The position numbers were made by a program, and so were the translations under genes. A stretch of 24,547 bases of DNA. It comes from Octopus sinensis. Its lineage: Eukaryota. The stretch lies in NCBI RefSeq assembly GCF_006345805.1, contig NW_021836615.1, forward strand, positions 1-24,547, given 5' to 3'. The number at the start of each line of letters is the position of its first letter. Positions within the stretch are counted from its first letter, which is position 1. Under the pieces are notes generated by a model that searched no databases, was not told the origin of the DNA, and was given only the letters and a program-made list of their open reading frames with translations. Shown here one piece after another: positions 9,976-19,987 of the stretch.

Positions 9976-11516
9976 AAACTTAGATAAACTTAGATATATT
10001 TCGATCAGCACCACCTGATAGGATTACCTAAATCCTGCTTAAGTCAAGTTTTGTTTATGGTTCATTCAAGTAGTGAGTTCTTGTTGAGTGAGTTGTATCT
10101 AGGTATGGGTGGCTTATCTGGTATTCCTTGAAGAAATCTGTCCAGACTCCGTTTAATGGTGATGGGATCCTTTTCCTCTTTGATCTGTTTAGGAACAATG
10201 TTAAACAGTGCAGGACCTGTTGAGGAAAAGAAATTATGTTGCAGTGTACCTATATGTTGTGATCCTGAATTGGGCAGGGACGTGTGGCCCGTGGTCCCAG
10301 CCTTACATGAACCTTGAAACTAATGTTCAGGTCGTTTGGGCAAAGTTGGCGGTATATTCTCCACATCGTACAAATGATGTACCAATCGCAGCGGCGCTCG
10401 AGAGAGTAGAGTTTCAAGGCTTTAAGGCGGTCCCAATAATCGAGATCAGTCATACCTTCAATTCGTTTAGTGAGTGCCATCTGGGGTGATTCAACCCTCG
10501 AGATGTTTTGTTTTGTATGGGGAGACCACAAGGGGAAGCAGTATTCGAGGTGTGGCCGTACAAAGGAGGAGAAAAGTGAAATGATGACCCCTTGTTCTCT
10601 GGACCAGAGGTTCTTAAGATCCAGGAGCTCATCCTACCGAGCTATATCGACCTTATTTTGATGTGGGCACTCCAACTGGGATTGTTATCTACAATTACAT
10701 CCCTCTGATATTGTTAGATGCGAGCGGTTTTCCCTGAAGGAAGAGTAGTATGGTTGTTTTAGTATCGACTTTCTTCCAAAATGTATCAGCTCAATTTTCC
10801 CCTCGTTCAGTTGCATTTTGTTTTTGTCTGCCCATTGACTCACAGCATATATCAGACTGGAGTTGAGTTCGGTCTTCTTCATTGATGATTTACTGGAGAT
10901 TAGTGTTATCAGCAAATATTTTCACTTTGCAGTGATTTACGATGCTGGAAAGGTCATTTATGTAAATTATAAAGAGAAGCGGGCCAAGACAGTCCCCATG
11001 AGGGACACCATTGGTGAGTTTTCCTGGGCTTGAGTGGACTCCATCGACCACAACATGTTGTGTTCCATTCGCCAGGAAATACTTAATCCAGTGTAGAAGT
11101 TTTCCACGGATTCCAACATTTGCCAATTTTGAGAGTAAGATATGGTCAACCCTGACGAACGCTTTACTGAAGTCAAGATATATGACATCAGAGTTCGAAC
11201 CTGTTCCCAAGGCTTTAAGTATATCTTCAATGTGGTGTAAGAACTGTGTTAGACAGTCCCTGCCACAGCGAAAGCCATGCTGATTTGCATTTAGGAGTTT
11301 GCGGGTCTCCACTAAGTCAACTATCCCTTATGTTACCACCCTTTCAAACACTTTAATGATGTGGGAGGTCAGTGAGATTGGGCGATAGTTAACTGCGAGG
11401 GATCTGTTTCCCTGTTTGAAAACCGGGATGACAGACTGGGATAGGAGCTGTTTCGGTATATAACCTGAGTCTAAAGAATTTCTCCAGAGGTTGATCAGAG
11501 GGACTGCAAGTTGGTG
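9976..11516 (-). mobile_element. 5'-truncated non-LTR retrotransposon (LINE, CR1/L2 group)
   Basis: Minus strand encodes RT motifs NYRPISLTSHIIKVFERV, NQHGFR, IYLDFSKAF, GVPHGDCLGPLLFIIYINDL, KIFADNT, then ...IPDKPPIPRYNSLNKNSLLE*; short 3' UTR ending in tandem (ATCTAAGTTT)2 at 9976-9995. Confidence 0.92.
10062..11516 (-). pseudogene. Decayed reverse transcriptase ORF2 of the LINE (stops, frameshifts, catalytic DD changed to DN)
   Basis: Track ORFs 10890-11312, 10685-10915 and 10250-10531 are consecutive pieces in different frames; terminal TGA at 10062-10064; no endonuclease domain retained. Confidence 0.9.
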
Positions 11517-11561
11517 ATATATATATATATATATATATAGCTTGGTCGGTCACGGTGATCA

Positions 11562-11860
11562 CGGTGACCGACCAGGCTATCAGATGTTGCTACACATCGC
11601 TGGTCATAATGCGCTTCGCATTGTTTTAGCCTTCAAATGACGCCACCCCGCTGGCTAAGCGAGCAGGCCAACAGAAGAAAGAGTGAGAGAAAGTTGTGGC
11701 GAAAGAATACCGCAGGGATCGCCACCAACCCCCTGCCGGAGCCTCGTGGAGCTTTGGGTGTTTTCGCTCAATAAACACTCAGAATGCGCGGTCTGGGAAT
11801 CGAAACCGCGATCCTACGACCGCGAGTCCGCTGTCCTAACCATTGGGCCATTGCGCCTCC
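11562..11860 (-). mobile_element. SINE family B with tail type 2
   Basis: Full reverse-complement match to 16669-16972. Confidence 0.9.
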
Positions 11861-11863
11861 ACT

Positions 11864-11896
<33 letters not shown>

Positions 11897-11904
11897 AAAA
11901 GTTA

Positions 11905-12030
11905 AAAAATATATACAAACTGGGACAAGAACGTGAAACACCTAGAAGACGACACAAGAAACACAGGACGGGACATTCGAAGCCCTGAATCATCAGTCAA
12001 GAACCGGATCATCTTCGCAATTTCGGCTAT
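11905..12030 (-). repeat. Unclassified (TA)/(CA)-embedded dispersed repeat, second copy
   Basis: Reverse complement aligns with 8135-8260. Confidence 0.75.
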
Positions 12031-12089
12031 ACACACCACCACACACCACACACACACAACACACAACACACACACACACAACCCATATA

Positions 12090-12123
<34 letters not shown>

Positions 12124-12385
12124 TACAGTATGTTGAACAGATGGAGTAAAATGACAGTCTAATTCGACTAAGCGACATGCAATACATCCGTTTGGTGGTT
12201 TCCAGGCCCTGATGTAATACAGAACCAGGACCAATCCAAAGAAAGTACATATTGGCATTCCTGGGATGGGATAATATTACCATGTAAAATTTGATTTGAT
12301 CAGGTTGCGCCGTTTGAGGAATGCATTGTGAACAGACAGACTAAGAGATAAAGGATATTATATATAGATATGCGGGTATGCATGT

Positions 12386-12598
12386 TCTTTTACTTGTGTC
12401 AGTAATTTGACTGCGGCCATGCTGGAGCCCCGGCCTTAGTCGAACAAATCGACCCAAGGACTTTTTCTTTGTAAGCCTAGTACTTATTCTATCGGTCACT
12501 TTTGCCGAACCGCTAAGTTACGGGGACGTAAACACACCAGCATCGGTTGTCAAGCGATGCTGGGGGGACAAACACAGAACACAGACAAATATATATAT

Positions 12599-12642
<44 letters not shown>

Positions 12643-12836
12643 ATATATATATAATATATATATATATAAATAATATAGGACGGGCTTCTTTCAGTTTCCG
12701 TCTACCAAGTCCAGCCACAAGGATTTGGTCGGCCCGATGCTAGAGTACATTTTCCCAAGCTGCCACGCAGTGGGACAGGAACCTGGAAACATGTGGTTGG
12801 TAAGCAAGCTACTTACCACGCAGCCACTCCTGCGCC
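12386..12836 (-). mobile_element. SINE family A (copy A7)
   Basis: Reverse-complement head ending ...CCACTCCTGCGCC at 12836, internal (TA)n, body2 and tail; several small deletions. Confidence 0.88.
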
Positions 12837-13565
12837 TATATATATATATATTTATATACATGCGTGTGTGTGTGTGTGTAGATATATATATATATTTATA
12901 TATGCATATATGTATATATTTGTGTGTTTGTGTGTGCCTGTGTGTGTACATCTTAAATACACAAAATTATTGATTAAAATATTTTCTCTATACACATACT
13001 ACATTGCAAATTTTACACGGACACGAATGATACTATAATGAATATTTTGCATCTTGTTAAGTTAAAAAAAACCCCAACAATAATGATAACGTTACTGTTG
13101 AATGATGATGATGCCAATAACAACAACAATAATAATAATAATAGTATTAATAAAAATTAACAACAACGTAGATTTAATTTCGCTTGACCTAGCTTCCTGA
13201 GTTGTCGATAAATATAACAAGATGTCGGCTGAGATGTGTAAACGTCCATGCAGAGTTTGGAAAAGATGCTGTGAGAGATGGACAAAAGGCGAAAGAGTAG
13301 CAGGAAGAGGTGGGGTAGAGGCGAAAGGGTAGAAGGAAGAGCAGATGTAGTAAAGCTAATTTCATTCAGTTATCTCTCAAATTTTTGTAATAAGACTTTA
13401 CTGGTTTCAAACGTAAATAAAAAAACTAGCAAATAAACAAGCTGCCTGAGTCTGCATTTATTCAGAGTGAATACAGTTTATTGATTCCTTAGAAGACCAA
13501 TATATTGTTGATGGCGAAGTTTAATCGTAGGAAATCGATATATATATATATATATATATTATATT

Positions 13566-13697
13566 AGTAACCACACACATATAAAAATATATGTAGTAAC
13601 CACACACACATATAAAAATATATATAGTAACCACACACACATATAAAAATATATATAGTAACCCACACACACATATATATATATATATGGTAACCAC
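13566..13697 (+). repeat. Minisatellite, ~31-bp unit x ~4.3
   Basis: AGTAACC at 13566, 13595, 13626, 13657 and GGTAACC at 13689; unit AGTAACCACACACACATATAAAAATATATAT. Confidence 0.9.
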
Positions 13698-14547
13698 AGT
13701 ATTTTGTAAGAAATTTAGTCTGATGCCTCACCTCGTCTATCAATATTAATATTTCTTTTTACTTATTTTTTTGCCAAGAAACCATAAAAAAAAAGATTTA
13801 TTTTCCCGTACATTATTTTCGTAGCAGTTTTGGTGATTTTATCTAAACAGTCTATTATTATTATTATATTGTTCGTAGTATTTCTCTCATCAAATGCAAT
13901 GAAAGTCTCTGGTAACCCATACAAGGTCTGAAATTGAAAAATAACCAAACAAGATAACGTATTGCTTCTTATCGTTAATACCAACACCAATATTGAATTA
14001 TAGCTTTCTGCTGTATTTTTTCTCTTTTGCAGTTGATTTGGAAAAAACAGATTTAATATAACTTAACATTGAGAAAAAGGTAAAGCACCAGGTAAAGCAA
14101 TATTTGTTATTTAGTTACGATTTTTTATGCTCTAATTTCAATTCACGCCAGAGTCAACTTTGCGATTTTATCTGTTGCTTGCAGTGACTAACACCAATCA
14201 AATATGCTCTTGCAGATTGTGTGCATGGTAAAATGTTTTATTAATCGGATTACACACACTCTTTAAAGATGTGGTACAGGAGACGACAGAAACAGACAGA
14301 AAACACATACACAAGGACAAGGCTCAATTCTTCATCAGTTATCGACTATAGATGTCATTACGATTTCGACACTTTTCAGTAATTTTGTTAAATTTAGCAG
14401 TGTTTGTAACATAAGTTGCCTAGGTATTAATGTGCAGAGATGCAAGACACTCAAACAGAATATTTGAGACATAATGTATATAAGCTACGATTAAAGGGAA
14501 CTCAAAACCTCTGATAGTGTTAATGTTTAATATATTGTCTGATATAT

Positions 14548-14866
14548 TGTCGAATGAATCGACCCCAATACTTATTTTTAAGCGTAGTGCTTATTCTATC
14601 GGTCTCTTTTGCCGAACCGCTAAGTTACGGGGATGTAAACACACCAACACCGGTTGCCAAGTGGTGATGGGGGCTCAAACACTGACAGACAGACACACAT
14701 ATACGACGGATTTCTTTCTGTTTCCGTCTACCAAATCCACTCACAAGGCTTTGGTCGGCCCGAGGCTATAGTAGAAGACACTTGCCTAAGATACCACACA
14801 GGAGAACTGAACCCGGAACCACGTGGTTGGTAATCAAGCTTCTTACCACACAGCCACTCCTACGCC
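14548..14866 (-). mobile_element. SINE family A (copy A8), diverged, minimal internal microsatellite, 3' end eroded
   Basis: Reverse-complement head to CCACTCCTACGCC; body2 matches to about ATCGACCCC. Confidence 0.82.
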
Positions 14867-15452
14867 TATGCGAATGATGTTCGAACTCTGAGTATGTCTA
14901 GAAGAGAGTTTCGTTGTACTCTCTCATGCCGAAATTTACAGGTGACAGCTTTCGTCAGTGTCATTCTCCAAGAACCCTACCAACACAATAAGTTCGGAAA
15001 GTAATCTAGAATCCTCTATCGGGATAGCTTTCAAGGAAAGTCCTCTTTAATTCTCTATATAGCCTTTAGTTTCCTTAAGTAAATAACTTCTGTTCACAAG
15101 CTACGCCCGTATAAAGTTTCGATCCCAGCATTCATTTACCAGGAGCATAGTTTATGATTCGAAGTCTCCCAAAACTGTAGGTTTATGTACTTTTTGTATT
15201 ATTATTATTATTATCATTTTTATTATTTATATCTAATTAAACATGAAACGCAAAGTTATAATGTATTAATTTTAACAGTAAGTATTGACTTACATTTCAC
15301 CCTTCTTTTAAATGAGTACGTTATTCTCGTTCGTGTAATCAACTTTATCTCTCTCTATATATATATTATATATATGTATATACAGAGGAGAAATGTATGT
15401 ATGTGTGCATATGTGTAATAGTATATTAGTGCGCGCGTATACACACACACAC

Positions 15453-15551
<99 letters not shown>

Positions 15552-15559
15552 CAGACAGG

Positions 15560-15611
<52 letters not shown>

Positions 15612-15844
15612 CAGACAGGTAGATAGATAGATAGACAGATACATAGACAGATAGATAGACAGGTAGATAGATAGATAGACAGATACATAGACAGATAGAT
15701 AGACAGGTAGATAGATAGGTAGATAGATAGATAGACAGGTAGATAGATAGATAGACAGATACATAGACAGATAGATAGACAGGTAGATAGACAGATAGAC
15801 AGATACATAGACAGATAGATAGACAGGTAGATAGATAGATAGAC

Positions 15845-15933
<89 letters not shown>

Positions 15934-16018
15934 CGGATATATATATATATATAGATAGATAGATAGATAGATAGACGGATATATATATATATATATAGAT
16001 AGATAGATAGACGGATAT

Positions 16019-16071
<53 letters not shown>

Positions 16072-16090
16072 CGGATATATATATAGATGG
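15453..16090 (+). repeat. (GATA)n tetranucleotide array with GACA/GGTA/GACGGA(TA)n variants
   Basis: Directly visible; source of the long YLSI ORFs in the track. Confidence 0.97.
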
Positions 16091-16668
16091 ATATATATTG
16101 ATTGATCGAGATACATAGACATATATTAGGGTATATGAATTAGCTCTAAAGTGTGTGTGTGTGTGTGTGTGTACTGTGTGCGTATATTGAACAGCAGCAT
16201 CTGCTAAGATGACGCAGTCACGAAGTGATGTAATACTCACTACGAGAAGACGAAACACAGATTCTAGAATCGATCATTGAAGCAGGTAGGTTGTTGGCTC
16301 GAGTAGCAAAAGAAACCAGTTCAAGGATAGGAAAAATGGATTAATTTGGGAAGAAGACCATTATGATTGAAGGCGCCAAGAATGGTGAAGAACACGGGCA
16401 AAATACGAACGGTAGGAAAGATAAAAAAGGGAGGAGGCGGTCACGAGGTACAAAAGAAGAAAAGGTGAGAGAAGAAGAAGGCAGATTTATTTCGTACTCA
16501 ACCCAGAAATAATAAACATTATTTTGTTAGTTAACTTTTTGAAGAAAATTTGATATTATATACACATTCTCTCTCTTTCCCTCTCTCTTTCTCTCACATA
16601 TATATGAGAGAGGGGTGAGAGTGTATACTTAAATAAGGCAGCATTCAACTGCGCTTTACATGAAAAAT

Positions 16669-16972
16669 GGAGGCGCAATGGCCCAGTGGTTAGGGCAGCG
16701 GACTCGCGGACATAGGATCGCGGTTTCGATTCCCAGACCGGGCGTTGTGAGTGTTTATTGAGCGAAAACACCTAAAGCTCCACGAGGCTCCGGCAGGGGA
16801 TGGTGGCGGTCCTTGCTGTATTCTTTCACCACAACTTTCTCTCACTCTTTCTTCTGTTGGCCTGCTCGCTTAGCCAGCGGGGTGGCCTCAATTGAAGGCT
16901 ATAACAATGTGAAGCGCATTGTGACCAGCGATGTGTAGCAACATCTGATAGCCTGGTCGGTCACGGTAATAT
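16669..16972 (+). mobile_element. SINE family B with tail type 2
   Basis: GGAGGCGCAATGGCCCAGTGG head, body, tail ending GGTCGGTCACGGTAAT then (TA)n. Confidence 0.9.
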
Positions 16973-17019
16973 ATATGTATATATATATTGTTTGTGTGTG
17001 TGTATACATACATGCCTGT

Positions 17020-17230
17020 TATATAAAATCCGTTCTGTCTGTCTGTGTGTATGTCTTCTAGGATCTCGGGCATCCTCCATCCGATTGCGCACAAATTTGA
17101 TATGTAGAAACCGACGGTATCGGGACGTGTATAAGTCTTGAAGAAATATCACTTCCAGGTGAGAATGCGATCGAAAAAGCCGTGGGAACGTGCATTTGGA
17201 TACTACGCGTACGCGAGAAAAATGCCAAGC
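17020..17230 (+). mobile_element. Possible Helitron-like 5' fragment
   Basis: TATATAAAA...TCTGTCTGTCTGTGTGT...CCGATTGCGCACAAATTTGA resembles the 5' layout of 19385-19500; no 3' hairpin/CTAG found. Confidence 0.35.
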
Positions 17231-17234
17231 TGTA

Positions 17235-17375
17235 TCGGCCTTTGCGTTTCCCTTGGATAACATCAGTGGCATGAAGAGGGGAGGCTCTGGTCTTCCATAA
17301 ACAACCTTGCCTGGACTTGTGCCTCGGAGGTGCAATCCCATGGTCATTCATGACCGAAGGGGATCTTCTACTCTA
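17235..17375 (+). mobile_element. Possible retroposon 3' tail fragment
   Basis: GC-richer block ending in a stem-loop ATCCC..GGTCA-TTCA-TGACC..GGGAT followed by a short CT-rich run; single copy here, so weakly supported. Confidence 0.3.
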
Positions 17376-17446
17376 TACAGGTTTCAAATATTCTGAATCA
17401 CACTTATATATTATTATTATTATTATTATTTGTAGGGTTCATCTAT

Positions 17447-17846
17447 TTACTCTCTTTTACTCTTTTACTTGTTTCAGTCATTTGATTGCGGCCATGCTGG
17501 AGCACCGCCTTTAGTCGTTCAAATCGACCCCGGGACTAATTCTTTGTAAGCCCAGTACTTATTCTATCGGTCTCTTATGCCGAACCGCTAAATTACGGGG
17601 ACGTAAACACACCAGCATCGGTTGTCAAGCAATGCTAGGGGGACAAACACAGACACACAAACCCACACACACACATATATATATATATACATATATATAC
17701 GACAGGCTTCTTTCAGTTTCCGTCTACCAAATCCACTCACAAGGCATTAGTCGGCCCGGGGCTATAGCAGAAGACACTTTCCCAAGTGGGACTGAACCCG
17801 GAACCATGTGGTTGGTTAGCAAGCTACTTACCACACAGCCACTCCT
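17447..17846 (-). mobile_element. SINE family A (copy A9)
   Basis: Reverse-complement match including (ACTCTTTT)n tail and internal microsatellite. Confidence 0.9.
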
Positions 17847-17861
17847 ATATATATATATAAA

Positions 17862-18068
17862 GTTGTATCTGGGGAGAGTCATTCTCTTTTGGTGCCTTAT
17901 AATTTAACTCACTCACCGGTAAAATTTCCACTTATTTCTTTTTCTTGATTTTTTTATCCCTCATTATATAAAAAAAATAAAAAGAAAAAAAGAACTAACT
18001 GGAAATTTTACCGGTGAGTGTGTTAAAATATAAGGCACCAAAAGAGAATGACTCTCCCCAGACACAAC
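17862..18068. repeat. Fold-back (MITE-like) inverted repeat, 207 bp
   Basis: 17862-17930 is the reverse complement of 18000-18068 with 3 mismatches in 69 bp; T-rich and A-rich inner extensions pair further. Confidence 0.9.
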
Positions 18069-18200
18069 AAAATATGCTTCAACACACGAACTCACATAGA
18101 GAATCTTGCAAACCAAATCCAAAAACGAAAAATATATATAAGGAAAAGTCAAAATGTTTGGCATCAGACGGAAAAATATTTAATTTTGATAGAGAATATA

Positions 18201-18590
18201 AGGAGTGGCTGTGTGGTAAGTAGCTTGCTTACCAACCACATGGTTCCGGGTTCATTCCCACTGCGTGGCACCTTGGCAAGTGTCTTCTACTATAGCCTCG
18301 GGACGACCAAATCCTTGTGAGTGGATTTGGTAGATGGAAACTGAAAGAAGCCCGTCGTATATATGTATATATATATATGTTTGTGTGTCTGTGTTTGTCC
18401 CCCCCCAACATCGCTTGACAACCGATGGTGGTGTGTTTACGTCCCTGTGGCCTAGCGGTTCGGCAAAAGACACCGAGAGAATAAGTGCCGGACTTCCAAA
18501 GAATAAGTCCTGGGGTCGATTTGCTCGACTAAAGGCGGTGCTCCAGCATGGCTACAGTCAAATGACTTAAACAAGTAAAGAGAAAGAGAA
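18201..18590 (+). mobile_element. SINE family A (copy A10), 10-bp TSD
   Basis: Nearly full length; AGAGAATATA at 18191-18200 and 18585-18594. Confidence 0.9.
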
Positions 18591-18804
18591 TATAGGATAT
18601 CTTACAGCAGTTTCTCGAATAGCCAAGCAAGTGGATCATGATATTAAGTAAGGATTCCATAAGCTGTCTATTCCGTCATCAGAGAGGGAGAAGTCACAAA
18701 AATGAATAGATATCCGCATTCGAGGATATTAGTACATTCTAGTTTGTCAAAAATGATGGCACGATCAGAGTAGAATAGACATGCGTTATGCAGTTCCATC
18801 ATGA

Positions 18805-19112
18805 TCTAATCTTTATATATAAAAGTGAAGTTATGTGAGTGTCTGTCTCCTACGGTTTAGATTCCTAACTACTCCCACATTTTCCGGTGCAGTTTAACCA
18901 AAACCGGGTATCTTATAGTCGTGATTCATATCGAGCCCTTCTGGGTATTAGCGCGCGTCTACGATGAGTCTACGATTTAAAAAAAAAATTACCATCATTT
19001 TTTCCCCATTTTTAATGCATTTTTTTGCTATTATATTAGGGAAGTAACTCTCTAAAATGCTTATATAGTTATTTCCCTTACAAACCCGAGCAACGCCGGG
19101 CGATACTGCTAG
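18805..19112 (+). mobile_element. Non-autonomous Helitron (H1, 308 bp)
   Basis: A|TC start (TCTAATCTTTATATATAAAA), subterminal hairpin CCCGAGCAACGCCGGG (19085-19100), CTAG|T end, no TSD: established Helitron hallmarks. Confidence 0.82.
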
Positions 19113-19384
19113 TAAATAATAAAGTTAATTGGTGTGCATGTATCACTCAGTAAAAATACCCGCCGTCCACTGGGTACTCTATAATTACTCTTATCAACGT
19201 GCTTTTCCACGAACGTTCTCAACAAATATACATATAAATTAAGAATTAGTTGAAGCCACAACATTAAATCAATACAGTGAAAGAATAGTCGGAAAGAGCC
19301 AATTTCCGATACGTGAGATTAAAGAAATGTATACGACATGACCCTATCGCTGTTTGAAAAACTATCTCTGATCAGGACTTGCTA

Positions 19385-19762
19385 TCTCTCTATATATAAA
19401 CGGCAGTTTGTCTGTCTGTGTGTCTGTTAGGTTGTACCCTCACCATGACCACGGCTTTCAACCGATTCTGATGAAACTTGACACACACATAGCCCAATGT
19501 CATAATTCAAAACTAACGCAGCGAAAATTTTGAAAAGTTCCCCCAGTTCTGAAAAAAAATCGATAAATTCGACATGGGGTCGAGAATCAGAAACACAAAC
19601 CACAGACTGTCTAGGGGAGGCAACTCGACCTTTTCAACTCTCAAAAAAAAATTTACCATAATTTTTTTTCCATTTTTTTGCTACTTTTTGGCTATAACTC
19701 TCTAAAAATGCTTTATAGTTATTTCCCTTACAAACCCGAGCAACGCCGGGCGATACTGCTAG
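19385..19762 (+). mobile_element. Non-autonomous Helitron (H2, 378 bp)
   Basis: A|TC start (TCTCTCTATATATAAA), same hairpin (19735-19750), CTAG|T end. Confidence 0.82.
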
Positions 19763-19987
19763 TACTAAATATAGATCAGTAATATGAAGCAGTCAGTGAC
19801 ATAAGATGTAAAATTGCTTGAAACGGATGAAGGTTCTGAAATATAGACGCATTCAAGATGATATAACGTTATCTTTCGAGAAAGACACAAAATCCTGAAC
19901 ATGCAATTAACTTCTGATCAGTAAAATTACGCCATAATAAAAAACTGTGTGCCTCGCATGGTATGTCGTAATATGTATATGCAAGAA

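Noticed and set aside
14010-14084. Strong plus-strand acceptor (TTTTTTCTCTTTTGCAG) followed 47 nt later by GTAAAG
   Set aside because: All three frames contain stops; no support beyond splice-like motifs.
16233-16240. Strong minus-strand donor GTGAGTAT (also GTAAGG at 22833)
   Set aside because: No convincing acceptor plus open frame upstream; such hexamers occur by chance in 24 kb.
15308-16258. 316-aa and 255-aa ORFs (YLSI repeats)
   Set aside because: Stop-free reading of the (GATA)n array on the minus strand; not gene-like.
18611-18682. Minus-strand CTGATGA...GAAA in canonical hammerhead order with a GAATAG/CTATTC pair
   Set aside because: The first two stem II positions mismatch, and no stem I or stem III can be formed.
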